A stretch of 29,830 nt of DNA from an uncultured archaeon (GCA_964632315.1 CAZWEM010000053.1:1-29830); one strand, 5' to 3'; positions 9,232-19,014 are shown, numbered from the stretch's first letter. A program made the numbers and translations. Notes: generated by a model not told the origin, from the sequence alone.

Positions 9232-10683
9232 TTGCCACTTAAAACGCCAGAAGAATATTTAGAAAGTATAAAACGACCTGTAAATCTTTACATGTTTGGT
9301 AAGAAGGTCGAGACCTTTTGGGAGCATCCTATAGTTAAACCTTCAATTAATACGGTAATGAAGATATATGAATTGGCTCAAATGGATGAATACAAAGATT
9401 TAATGACAGCACGATCTCATTTAACAGGAGAAATTATCAATAGGTTTACGCATATTCACCAATCTGTTGATGATCTCATCAAAAAAGTACAAATGCAACG
9501 TTTATTGGGTCAACATACTGCTTGTTGTTTCCAAAGATGTGTAGGATTTGATACAGCAAATGCGCTTTATAGTATCACCTACGATATGGATAAAAAGTAT
9601 AATACAAATTATCATAAGCGCTTTAAAAAGTATTGGATTGAGGTTCAGAATCAAGATCTCATGGTAGACGGAGCGATGACTGATACAAAGGGGGATCGAA
9701 GTAAACGTCCTAAAGATCAACCAGATCCTGATGCCTTTCTACATATCGTTGAGGAAAATGAAAAAGGTATAATCGTAAGAGGTGCCAAAGTTCATCAAAC
9801 CGGTTTTCTCAATTCTCATCGCGCGATTATCATGCCAACTCTTAGGTTAAGAGAAGGAGAGGAACCTTATGCGGTAAGTTTTGGCATTGATACCAATGCA
9901 AAAGGAATTACCATGATCTATGGGAGACAATCTTGTGATACCAGAAAGATCGAAGAAGGAAAATTAGATATTGGGAATTTCAAATATGGCGGTCAAGAAA
10001 TATTTGTTGTTTTTGATGATGTCTTTGTTCCTAAAGAAAATATCTTCATGAATGGAGAAATTGAATTTAGTGGAGAATTGGTAAATCGATTTGCAGGATT
10101 TCATCGCCAATCTTATGGAGGTTGCAAAGTTGGTGTTGGAGACGTTCTCATCGGAGCAGCAGCTTTAGTTTCAGAATATAATGGTACTGAGAAGGCATCT
10201 CATATTAAGGATAAACTTGTGGAAATGACTCATCTAAACGAAACTTTATATAGTTGTGGGATAGCATGTAGTTCCTTGGGATTTCAGCGAGACTCCGGTA
10301 ATTACGAGATGGATATGCTTCTTGCAAATGTATGTAAGCAAAATGTGACCCGTTTTCCATATGAAATCGGAAGATTAGCAGAAGATATAGCTGGAGGAAT
10401 GATTTGTACCATGCCATCTGAAGCAGATCTCAAATCAGAAGAGGTTGGTTCGTTAATTGAGAAATATTTAACTACTTGTGAGGGGATATGTGCTGAGGAT
10501 AGATATAAATTACTACGTTTCATCGAAAATTTAACGATGGGTGTTGCTTCGGTAAGTTATCGAACAGAATCCATGCATGGCGCGGGATCTCCACAGGCTC
10601 AGCGCATCATGATATCAAGGCAAGCTAATTTGGAGGATAAAAAGGATTTAGTGAAAAAAATTCTTAATATTGAATCAGATTGA
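9232..10683 (+). CDS. abfD: 4-hydroxybutyryl-CoA dehydratase / vinylacetyl-CoA delta-isomerase (clostridial AbfD type)
   Basis: INRFTHIHQS, KKVQMQRLLGQHTACCFQRCVGFD, GAMTD.KGDRS, VRGAKVHQTG, HRQSYGGCKVGVGDVLIGA (Fe-S ligands Cys, Cys, His, Cys), TESMHGAGSPQAQRI. TTG start with GAGG upstream. Confidence 0.95.
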   Translation: MPLKTPEEYLESIKRPVNLYMFGKKVETFWEHPIVKPSINTVMKIYELAQMDEYKDLMTARSHLTGEIINRFTHIHQSVDDLIKKVQMQRLLGQHTACCFQRCVGFDTANALYSITYDMDKKYNTNYHKRFKKYWIEVQNQDLMVDGAMTDTKGDRSKRPKDQPDPDAFLHIVEENEKGIIVRGAKVHQTGFLNSHRAIIMPTLRLREGEEPYAVSFGIDTNAKGITMIYGRQSCDTRKIEEGKLDIGNFKYGGQEIFVVFDDVFVPKENIFMNGEIEFSGELVNRFAGFHRQSYGGCKVGVGDVLIGAAALVSEYNGTEKASHIKDKLVEMTHLNETLYSCGIACSSLGFQRDSGNYEMDMLLANVCKQNVTRFPYEIGRLAEDIAGGMICTMPSEADLKSEEVGSLIEKYLTTCEGICAEDRYKLLRFIENLTMGVASVSYRTESMHGAGSPQAQRIMISRQANLEDKKDLVKKILNIESD

Positions 10684-10750
10684 TTAGTTCGCCTATAAGT
10701 AACTCATAATCAAACGGAGCTTAGAAATAATCAAGGTCCCTTATTAAAGC

Positions 10751-10876
10751 TTAAATATCTAACTTCTCGAAACATTCTTGGCAATAATATTTTTCATCTA
10801 CTCTCCAAGCTTCAGCAAGTTTAATCTCCGCCTCACACTCTTCACATTTTCCTATTTCTTGAGTTACTTCTGCCAT
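10751..10876 (-). CDS. 41-aa C4 zinc-finger microprotein (LIM-half / treble-clef-like)
   Basis: Below the track cut-off. ATG 10876 to TAA 10751 reads MAEVTQEIGKCEECEAEIKLAEAWRVDEKYYCQECFEKLDI, with C-x2-C-x17-C-x2-C. It fills an otherwise empty gap and has a coding-like composition. Confidence 0.8.
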   Translation of the reverse strand: MAEVTQEIGKCEECEAEIKLAEAWRVDEKYYCQECFEKLDI

Positions 10877-10964
10877 GATAAAACAATAAATTTCGTGCTT
10901 TTAATTGTTTTTATTATATGAAAAATGAGAACTATATTCTTCTATTATTTAAATATAAGAGGTA

Positions 10965-12662
10965 CTAATGATTTCTTTTTTTATATTCAACACAAGCCTT
11001 TATAAAATCAGCATAAATTGGAGAGCTTGCCCAAGGGCGTGATTTAAATTCTGGATGAAACTGCACTCCTACCATAAAGTGATCCTTTCGATTCAGTTCT
11101 ATGCTATTGATAATTTTACCTGTCTCATCTCTACCAGATAGGACCAATCCTTTCTCTCTCGCTTCGTCTGTGTAAAATCGTTCTTGGATGTGATATCGAT
11201 GTCTAAATCTTTCTAATATTTCTTCTTGTTGATAAGCATCGTACAATTTCGTGTTTTTCTCTATAATAATTTTATGAGCTCCAAGTCGCATAGTTCCTCC
11301 TTTTTCTGTTACATCTCGTTGACTTTCTAATAAATCTATAACTGGATATGGCGTCTTTGGGTCGATTTCTGTTGAGTTTGCTCCTTCTAATCCTAAATAC
11401 TTTCTACAAAAAGCAATATAGAAAAGTTGTGCTCCAAAACATATTCCTAGAAAGGGAACTTTTTCATCCATCGCATATTCTGCGGATTTAACCATACCTT
11501 CAACGGCTCTTTCTCCAAAGCCAGGCGTAAGCAAGATGCCATCGCAACCTTGTAATTCTTTTGCTACATCAGTTTTTTCCGTTATATTTATCATTTTTAA
11601 CTTTGTTTTATAACCTTGATGAGCTGCAGCTTGTTCTAAGGCATCATTAATCGAAATATAAGAATCAGATATGTTGAAATATTTTCCAGGCATTCCAATG
11701 ATAACTTCTTTGTTAGCATTCTTATATATTTCCACCATCTTGACCCACTCGGAATAATTGGTCACTTCATTGTAGGAGACAAGCTTAGCTTTTAGATCCA
11801 ATAAATTGCATAAAAAATCACCTAATTTTGATTGCTCAAAAAGCAGGGGCAGTTCATAAACAGTATCTAAATCTGGGTTTGAAATTACAGCTTCTTCTGG
11901 TACATTTGAATAGAGAGAGATTTTGTGACGAATATCCTCTTGCAATGGCACTTCACTCCGTCCTATAATGATATCCGGCTGAAGCCCAGCACTTTGTAGC
12001 ATTTTCACGCTATGCTGTGTTGGTTTCGATTTTTGTTGTCCAACTGCTTTAGAAAATGGAACCAACGTAACATGAACAAATGCGGTGTTCTTTTTAGGAA
12101 GTTCTAACCTTAACTGCCTAAATGATTCAAGAAATATGCTGGATTCAAGGTCACCTACTGTTCCTCCACATTCAACCAATAATACATCTAAATGTTCACT
12201 TTTAGCAATATCTAACAATCGATTTTTTATCATATCAGTTACGTGAGGGATTATTTGCACAGTTCTACCAAGGAATTTACCTTTCCGCTCACTTAAAATA
12301 GTTGATAAATAAATTTGCCCAGAGGTGATATTATTTGAAGGATGAATAGTTATACCGAGGAAGCGCTCATAAGTTCCGAAATCTTGATCAATCTCGCTAA
12401 TTCTGTAAATCCGCTCATCTGACCCGATTACTGGATGAAAATCCCATACATTTTCGGTGATAAAACATTCTCCATGTTCAATCGGATTAAGGGTGCCAGG
12501 ATCTACATTGAGATATGGATCAATTTTGACGACAGATATTTTAAAACCTCTAAATTGGAGGAGCTTACCGATACTTGCTGTTGCTACCCCTTTACCTACC
12601 GCAGACATCACTCCTCCCGTGACAAATACAAATCTACAGTCAGAACCTAAATTTTCATTCAT
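10965..12662 (-). CDS. pyrG: CTP synthase (glutamine-hydrolysing), divergent
   Basis: FVTGGVMSAVGKG, KIDPYLNVDPGT, HGE, YERF, TVQIIPHVT, GGTVGDLES, KSKPTQHSV, PGFG.R, GICFG, GGTMRLG, QFHPEF. Confidence 0.97.
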   Translation of the reverse strand: MNENLGSDCRFVFVTGGVMSAVGKGVATASIGKLLQFRGFKISVVKIDPYLNVDPGTLNPIEHGECFITENVWDFHPVIGSDERIYRISEIDQDFGTYERFLGITIHPSNNITSGQIYLSTILSERKGKFLGRTVQIIPHVTDMIKNRLLDIAKSEHLDVLLVECGGTVGDLESSIFLESFRQLRLELPKKNTAFVHVTLVPFSKAVGQQKSKPTQHSVKMLQSAGLQPDIIIGRSEVPLQEDIRHKISLYSNVPEEAVISNPDLDTVYELPLLFEQSKLGDFLCNLLDLKAKLVSYNEVTNYSEWVKMVEIYKNANKEVIIGMPGKYFNISDSYISINDALEQAAAHQGYKTKLKMINITEKTDVAKELQGCDGILLTPGFGERAVEGMVKSAEYAMDEKVPFLGICFGAQLFYIAFCRKYLGLEGANSTEIDPKTPYPVIDLLESQRDVTEKGGTMRLGAHKIIIEKNTKLYDAYQQEEILERFRHRYHIQERFYTDEAREKGLVLSGRDETGKIINSIELNRKDHFMVGVQFHPEFKSRPWASSPIYADFIKACVEYKKRNH

Positions 12663-12873
12663 TTTACTTCAAAATATGAAATCATTTAAATTAAAAATAA
12701 CAAATATCAAACACAGCTAATAAGAATTTCGAGAGTCTATAAATTTTCTTTTTATTTTTATGTAATTATGAGTTTTTAAGTGTAAAGCTGATTTAAGATT
12801 AAATACATCTAATAATTGGGTGAGGAATTTAAAAAGCTTGTTTATTAAAAAAATATTAAGTGTATATTTGAAA

Positions 12874-13701
12874 TTATTTCCCTTTAAAGACTGGTTCTCT
12901 TTTTTGCATTAATGCTTTTGTGGATTCTCTCATATCGTGGGTCTTAAATGCTGCTTGAAGCGCTTCATTTTCACGATCTAACGTATCTGATAAAATTTGT
13001 CTGTAATAATCGTGCATCGACTTTTTCATCAATTTCAAAGCCATACTTGGTCCCTTAGGAGGGATTAACATCTCGGCTTGCTGGCGAACGTATGGCATCA
13101 ATTCTTCGGGAGGTAATGCTTTGTTTATTAATCCTAATTTCTCAGCTTCTTGTGCACGAATTTTCTTACCGAAATATAAGATTTCTTTAGCTTTCTGAAA
13201 TCCGATGTATAAGGGAAGCAAGAAAGTCATTCCAAATTCCGGAATGATGGCTCTTTTAACAAAAATCAAGCCAATATACGTTTCGGGATCATCTGCCATG
13301 TATATCAAATCAGCACAAGCTAGAGGCATCGTGAATCCTGCACCAAGAGCTAAGCCATTAATCGCTGCTATTACCGGCTTATTAAAGTTCCAGAACGTCA
13401 TGCAAATCTTTTTTTGAGCGATATCCAATAGGTCAATATCTTTCATGATCTCTTCAGGAATTTGTGTTACCATTTTCATGTTAAAGTACCCGCCCGATGA
13501 GAATGCATTTCCTTCGGGTGAACCGGTCATTATCAAAACTCTTGCGTTTTTATCTTTTTCCATATCCTCGAGGGCGGTTCTCATCTCTAAAAAAGTAACG
13601 AATGAAAGAGCATTTCTTCTCTCTGGCCGATTGAAAGTAATGGTACATATACCATTCTCTTCTTTTTCATATATGATATCTTCAAAATCTTCAATATTCA
13701 T
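12874..13701 (-). CDS. Enoyl-CoA hydratase/isomerase family protein (single-acid, PaaG/isomerase-like)
   Basis: ITFNRPERRNAL, AFSSGG, KPVIAAING.A.GAG, FVKRAIIPEFG, AEKLGLIN, KREPVFKGK. Confidence 0.9.
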   Translation of the reverse strand: MNIEDFEDIIYEKEENGICTITFNRPERRNALSFVTFLEMRTALEDMEKDKNARVLIMTGSPEGNAFSSGGYFNMKMVTQIPEEIMKDIDLLDIAQKKICMTFWNFNKPVIAAINGLALGAGFTMPLACADLIYMADDPETYIGLIFVKRAIIPEFGMTFLLPLYIGFQKAKEILYFGKKIRAQEAEKLGLINKALPPEELMPYVRQQAEMLIPPKGPSMALKLMKKSMHDYYRQILSDTLDRENEALQAAFKTHDMRESTKALMQKREPVFKGK

Positions 13702-13788
13702 TTTTAAAAGTAGTGTTTGTAAATATGACTAATTTAGTTTCAATTTTCTTCTTTAAATATTTTTAGATATTATAATAAGAGGTATGCC

Positions 13789-14688
13789 CTATCTATATTT
13801 TTCAATATCGATCCCAAATTTTTCAAAATGCTTCTGTGCTGACTTCGCGTTCTGTAAATTATAATTCTTCAAGAACTCTTCAAATTGTTTTGGATTTGTT
13901 CCTTTCATAGCAAATACAGCCATAACTGCTTTAATATCATAAATATAAAGCTGATCATTTTTAATTCCCCTGATATACTTCTTTACTGCTCTCTCCGGGA
14001 GCATCGCTTTACTTTGCATATCATTTAAAATAGAATTATATATTTCTCTTAATTTTGCTTCTCCAATATCGTCTACGAGTGCTTGAGGGAAACGAATTCT
14101 ACTTTTATGAAAAATATTAGTTCTAATATAAGATGGGATTATGACTGAGACTCTTATTCCTTGTTGATGAAGTTGTCCAAAAAGAGCTTCAGAAAGGCCA
14201 ACTACAGCAAATTTAGAGGCTACATAAGGCAAAGGTTCTGTAGATCCAAATATTCCGGCTCCAGATGCCACGTTTACGATATGACCTTCTTTTCTCTCAA
14301 TCATCATTGGAAGAAATATTTTAAGTGAATGTACTATTCCCATTAAGTTTACATCTAAAATATCCTTCCAATCATCTAAGGTAAATTCTAAGATATTTCC
14401 TATTATTGCAATCCCAGCGTTATTTAATAATAAATCAAGAGTTCCTAATTTAGATTTAAAATCTCGTGCTATTTGTTCAAAATCAGTAATCTTAGTTACA
14501 TCACATTTAGCTGTCATTATCTTTATATTTGGATTAGCTATTTCATTCTTTAAGGACTTTAAACCATCAACATCTATATCAGTTAAGTATAAATTCATGT
14601 CTTCAAGAGCAAGTAATTTAGAAAAAGCTCTCCCTATTCCATTGGCAGCACCAGTTATCAAGCAATTTTTATTAGTTAGATCTTTCAT
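13789..14688 (-). CDS. Classical short-chain dehydrogenase/reductase
   Basis: TGAANGIG, NNAG, VNVASGAG, catalytic YVASK. Confidence 0.92.
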   Translation of the reverse strand: MKDLTNKNCLITGAANGIGRAFSKLLALEDMNLYLTDIDVDGLKSLKNEIANPNIKIMTAKCDVTKITDFEQIARDFKSKLGTLDLLLNNAGIAIIGNILEFTLDDWKDILDVNLMGIVHSLKIFLPMMIERKEGHIVNVASGAGIFGSTEPLPYVASKFAVVGLSEALFGQLHQQGIRVSVIIPSYIRTNIFHKSRIRFPQALVDDIGEAKLREIYNSILNDMQSKAMLPERAVKKYIRGIKNDQLYIYDIKAVMAVFAMKGTNPKQFEEFLKNYNLQNAKSAQKHFEKFGIDIEKYR

Positions 14689-14782
14689 TTCTTTATCAAA
14701 TACTATAATTAGATTTCAATAAACTGATTAATGATTATTAGAAGGGTAAATATTAAATAAAGATTAATAAAAAAAAGAAATG

Positions 14783-16057
14783 TTATAATGCTTTAAAAAG
14801 CTGTCTAAGTCCCATACTTAGAATATATTGCTGAATTTGTCTTGTACCTCCACCAATTTCTTGTATCCTTGATATACCAAGTAAATCATGCATTAGTGTA
14901 TTATCACATACACCTGCTCCTCCCATCAGATTTGCACACTCATAACAAGCTCGTTGACTTAATTTAGTGCTAACCATTTTCAATTGAGAAGCGCTTGCCA
15001 TTAATGCTAAATTAAATTCTTTTGGTAAAGTTCCATGTTTTTGCATTTTCTCATCTATCATTTGACATATGTTCAAAGCTGCTAAAGTCAAGCTCATAAT
15101 TTCAGACCAGAGGTCGGTCAATGGAAATCCGACACCCTGATATTTTAGAATTTCAAGATCGAATTGTTTACGCATGTTTGCGTATATAATAGCATGAGTT
15201 AAAGCGTTCCATGCTTCAGCCGCATTCAAACACACAATACCAAGTCTTTCTAAGTTTAATCCTTCAAATAAATGTGATCTTCCATCTCCTGGTTTTCCAA
15301 GAACACATTCTTTTGGGATCTTTAAGTTCGTCATGGTTTCTTTTCCAATAAAGATCCGGGGAACCCATGGGATGTTTACTCTTTCAGCCTTCCATCCTTC
15401 CCAACTGGTATCTACAAGAAATTGAGCCATCGTGTTTCCATTATTTTGTTCAGTGACCGCATATATCACCGCCCAATTTGCCTTTGGACCATTTGTTTGG
15501 TATATCTTTACACCATTTGCGAGGTAACTTCCATCTGGTTGTTCGTTACAAGTTGTAAGCATGTGAACTGCATCTGATCCTCTCTCAGGTTCAGTGATAC
15601 AAATACATCCTATCTTTTCACCAGTCACTAACTCTTTTAATGCGCGTAATCGAATCTCTTCGTTTTCATGATGAAGTAACAAGGGATTTACTGCCAAGAC
15701 TGTTGCGCCAGCACCCATTGCAAGCTGAGGATCGAAGAAATCCATTGCTAATACACGCATAAATTCAGCGGTTAATCCATAGGGCTCAAAATCCAATCCA
15801 AAGTTATCAAATTTATGCATTCTAGTGATGAATCCAGCTTTTCCAATTTCGGGGATCCAATCATAAAAATCCTCACTATGATCTATATCGTGCTTTCTCT
15901 CAAAGTCTCTAAAAAATTTTTCAGCATCCTTCAATAAATTAAAATGTTCGGGTCGTAAGTAGGTCATTAGGTTATAATTCAGAAACTTATAACGATTTTT
16001 GAGTGAAAGTTTACTCAAGATCTCATCATTTATGCATTGAAGCTTTCCTTTTTTCAT
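14783..16057 (-). CDS. Acyl-CoA dehydrogenase, isovaleryl-CoA-dehydrogenase-like catalytic arrangement
   Basis: CITEPERGSD, NGVKIYQTNG, GLNLERL, RKQF, GGAG, QEIGGGT.QIQ. Confidence 0.92.
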   Translation of the reverse strand: MKKGKLQCINDEILSKLSLKNRYKFLNYNLMTYLRPEHFNLLKDAEKFFRDFERKHDIDHSEDFYDWIPEIGKAGFITRMHKFDNFGLDFEPYGLTAEFMRVLAMDFFDPQLAMGAGATVLAVNPLLLHHENEEIRLRALKELVTGEKIGCICITEPERGSDAVHMLTTCNEQPDGSYLANGVKIYQTNGPKANWAVIYAVTEQNNGNTMAQFLVDTSWEGWKAERVNIPWVPRIFIGKETMTNLKIPKECVLGKPGDGRSHLFEGLNLERLGIVCLNAAEAWNALTHAIIYANMRKQFDLEILKYQGVGFPLTDLWSEIMSLTLAALNICQMIDEKMQKHGTLPKEFNLALMASASQLKMVSTKLSQRACYECANLMGGAGVCDNTLMHDLLGISRIQEIGGGTRQIQQYILSMGLRQLFKAL

Positions 16058-16218
16058 TTCTATTTAATCAACTCAATTTTTTTTTTATCTTTTTTAATGA
16101 TAAAATTTTCGTTAAGAACATTAAAATAAGTTATGAAAATGGAAAAAAAATTTTTTATAAGATAAGCTATTCAGATAATTACTTTTTTAAAGGGAGATTT
16201 ATGAATGGCTAAAAAAGA

Positions 16219-17052
16219 GTGATTTACATGCAATTAAAAAAATTGAAAGAAAAATATGGTCCATGGGCAGTAATTGCTGGTGGATCTCAAGGGATTGGTG
16301 AAACCAATGCAAGAATTTTGGGAGGTCAGGGTATCAATTTAGTATTGTTGGCTCGAGGAAAACCTTTACTTGATAAATTAGCTAAGGAATTAGAAGATGA
16401 ACTAAAGATATCAGTTAGAACGATATCAGTTGACTTAGCAGATGAAAACGCGATCAATAAAGTTCGAGAAATAACAGACGATATCGAAGTTAATATGCTA
16501 ATTTACAATGCTGCTGCTGAAGTATTAGGTCCGTTTTTCAATAGTGAATTGAAACAGCATCTAACAATGCTTAATGTAAATTGTCGATCAGTGTTAATAT
16601 TTGTAGATCATTTCGGTAGATTAATGAAAGAACGAAAGAAAGGAGGTATTATCCTCATGAGCTCAATGTCTTGTTTAGTAGGATCTCCATATATAACTCA
16701 TTATGGGGCAACAAAAGCTTATATTAGAAACTTAGCGGAAGGATTGTGGTACGAACTCAAACCATTTAATATAGATGTCATATCTTGTATTGCTGGAAAA
16801 ACTAAAACTCCCAGATATATTGAGAGCAACCCAGATGATAACAAGGGTCTCTTTGCTGGCGGTGCCAGGGAACCCATAGTAGTGGCGAAGGAAGCCATAA
16901 AAAGAATTGGAAGAGATCCAAGTTTTACGCCGGGATTTTTAAACAAACTTGCGACTTTTATCTTAAGGCGATTTATATCCAATAAAAGAGGAATAAAGGT
17001 TGGTGGAAAAACCTTGGATAACATGTTTCATTATAGTGACGAAGTGCATTAA
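16219..17052 (+). CDS. SDR oxidoreductase, 17beta-HSD / 3-ketoacyl-CoA reductase-like subfamily
   Basis: KYGPWAVIAGGSQGIG, LVLLAR, YNAA, MSS, YGATK, EGLWYEL. ATG at 16228 is an alternative start. Confidence 0.88.
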   Translation: MIYMQLKKLKEKYGPWAVIAGGSQGIGETNARILGGQGINLVLLARGKPLLDKLAKELEDELKISVRTISVDLADENAINKVREITDDIEVNMLIYNAAAEVLGPFFNSELKQHLTMLNVNCRSVLIFVDHFGRLMKERKKGGIILMSSMSCLVGSPYITHYGATKAYIRNLAEGLWYELKPFNIDVISCIAGKTKTPRYIESNPDDNKGLFAGGAREPIVVAKEAIKRIGRDPSFTPGFLNKLATFILRRFISNKRGIKVGGKTLDNMFHYSDEVH

Positions 17053-17162
17053 ATTATACAACAGAGAAGGGAAATTCTTCATTCCTTTACTTTTATTATA
17101 CTTACCCATTTTCTTTTAAACAGCATTAAAATAGAATATAAAAATAAAAAAAATTAAATAAA

Positions 17163-18899
17163 TTATGATGTATTTGAGTTATCTTCTCTCAAAGCTCTTT
17201 TTAAAATCTTTCCTACAGTGGTTAAGGGTAATGTTTCTCGAAACTCCCAAAGTCTTGGATTCTCATATTTTGAGAGATGTTCTGCGGCATAACTTTTTAA
17301 ATCTGTTTTAACTTTATCTGATGGTTCAGTTCCTTCTTTAAGTTGAACCACGGCTTTAACTATTTCGCTTCCTGGTCGATCGGGATCTTTCAAGCCAATT
17401 ATCGCGACCATTTCTATATCTGGATGTTTTGTTAATACATCCTCAACGTGCACGCTGTATACTTTATATCCACTAACGATAAGCATGTCTTTAGTTCGAT
17501 CAACGATTGTTAGGTATCCCTCCTCGTCCATGACCCCAACATCACCCGTATGGAACCATCCATCAATGATTGTTTGTGAATTCGCTTCCGGTTTATTGTA
17601 ATATCCTCTTGTAACTTGAGGACCTCTACATATAATTTCTCCAGGTTTTCCTAATTCAACTTGTTCTCCAGTTTCTACATCAACAATTCGAATTTCAGTA
17701 TCAGGTACGGGTAAGCCAACTGTACCTACTTTCTTTTTCCCGTAATAACAGTTCATAGTCAATATCGGAGATGTCTCGGTCATTCCATAAACTTCTAAAA
17801 CCTTGCTCTTAGCATTCATAGAAGCTTCAAAATTATTTATGGCTTCTGCAGGGAAAGGAGCAGCCCCAGATACGTAAATCTCAACTCCATCTAATACTTC
17901 TTGGGGAATCTTTCTAGCCATCTCATTATTTTTTATTGCCAAATATAAAGTGGGAACATTTACCAACATCAATGGTTTTTTCTCAATCATTTCCTTTATA
18001 ATATGCTTGCTATCTCTAGGGTTTGCTATCAAAATCTGGGATGCAGAAAGATAAAGAGTCACCATACTCATAGCTAACCCTGCTAAATGGAAAAGTGGAA
18101 ATGCAGATAAATTTACAGTCGCCTCTTCTTCTGCATCTGTACGATCAATCCAGGTAGAAATTTGAACGATATTGGAGATAATATTTTTATGAGTAAGCTC
18201 AGTTCCTTTTGGTAATCCAGTCGTACCACCAGTATACTGAAGTAATGCTAAATCATTATTAATATCAATATTTACGCTCGTTACATCTTTTTCAGTCTTT
18301 AATACTTCTTTAAAATCTAAAACATTCTTACCCGGATGAGGCACAACCTTTCCTTTTGGGACCTTCTTTAATAATTTACCCAATGCTACTTTATAACCAG
18401 GCAATCCCATATAGTCACTGATATTCGTGGTGATAATTGTTTCTAATTTTGGTACCTTATCCAAGACTTTTTTTAGAGTTTTTTCATAAAATGCATCTAA
18501 AGTAACAAAGAATTTAGCTTCACTGTCATTTATTTGATATGCAATCTCAGTTGGGCTCATTAAGGGTGAACAGCCCGAAGCTACACCTCCTGCGAGTAAT
18601 GTGCCAAAATGAGCAACTAAATACTGAGGACAGTTAGCTAAATTTATCCCGACTCTGTCTCCTTTTTTCAATCCATTCTTTTGTAAAAAAGTTGCAAATC
18701 TATGAACATAATCCCTGAGTTCTTGAAAGGCCATTTCCCTTTCCATAAAATAACATCCAACACGTTCAGGATATTTTGCCATTGCTTTATCAAATAGGAT
18801 TCCCAAACTTTCAGATGGATAAGTTAAAGACGGTTTTACATGTCTATCGTATGATTTCGTCCAAATTTTCGCGTCATATGGACTTATTTTTACTTCCAT
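17163..18899 (-). CDS. Long-chain-fatty-acid--CoA ligase (AMP-forming, FadD-like)
   Basis: LQYTGGTTGLPKG, PLFH, SGAAP, YGMTETSP, GWFHTGD, IVDRTKD, LPLTTVGKILKR. Confidence 0.93.
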   Translation of the reverse strand: MEVKISPYDAKIWTKSYDRHVKPSLTYPSESLGILFDKAMAKYPERVGCYFMEREMAFQELRDYVHRFATFLQKNGLKKGDRVGINLANCPQYLVAHFGTLLAGGVASGCSPLMSPTEIAYQINDSEAKFFVTLDAFYEKTLKKVLDKVPKLETIITTNISDYMGLPGYKVALGKLLKKVPKGKVVPHPGKNVLDFKEVLKTEKDVTSVNIDINNDLALLQYTGGTTGLPKGTELTHKNIISNIVQISTWIDRTDAEEEATVNLSAFPLFHLAGLAMSMVTLYLSASQILIANPRDSKHIIKEMIEKKPLMLVNVPTLYLAIKNNEMARKIPQEVLDGVEIYVSGAAPFPAEAINNFEASMNAKSKVLEVYGMTETSPILTMNCYYGKKKVGTVGLPVPDTEIRIVDVETGEQVELGKPGEIICRGPQVTRGYYNKPEANSQTIIDGWFHTGDVGVMDEEGYLTIVDRTKDMLIVSGYKVYSVHVEDVLTKHPDIEMVAIIGLKDPDRPGSEIVKAVVQLKEGTEPSDKVKTDLKSYAAEHLSKYENPRLWEFRETLPLTTVGKILKRALREDNSNTS

Positions 18900-18920
18900 A
18901 ACACTTACCTCTTGTTTATT

Positions 18921-18937
18921 TTCACCATTCTGGTGAA
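18921..18937. promoter_or_regulatory. Palindromic candidate operator upstream of the acyl-CoA ligase gene
   Basis: TTCACCA-TTC-TGGTGAA, lying between TATA-like TTTATAAA (18961-18968) and the RBS/start (18899). Confidence 0.5.
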
Positions 18938-19002
18938 TATCTCATTTATTGTCATCTGAATTTATAAATTTTTACAAAGAACCAAAAAGAATTCTTGAGA
19001 TC

Positions 19003-19014
19003 AAAAAAAAAAAA
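19003..19014 (-). terminator. Oligo-T tract (T12 on minus strand), candidate archaeal terminator of the Zn-ADH gene
   Basis: A12 on + strand about 40 nt past the stop at 19053. Confidence 0.45.

Noticed and set aside
9232-10683. abfD as a marker of autotrophic HP/HB or DC/HB carbon fixation
   Set aside because: No carboxylase or other cycle-specific genes nearby, and the context is catabolic.
12396-12452. pyrG insertion as an archaeal bulge-helix-bulge intron or mini-intein
   Set aside because: In frame and protein-like, with no evident pairing of the boundaries and no intein terminal residues.
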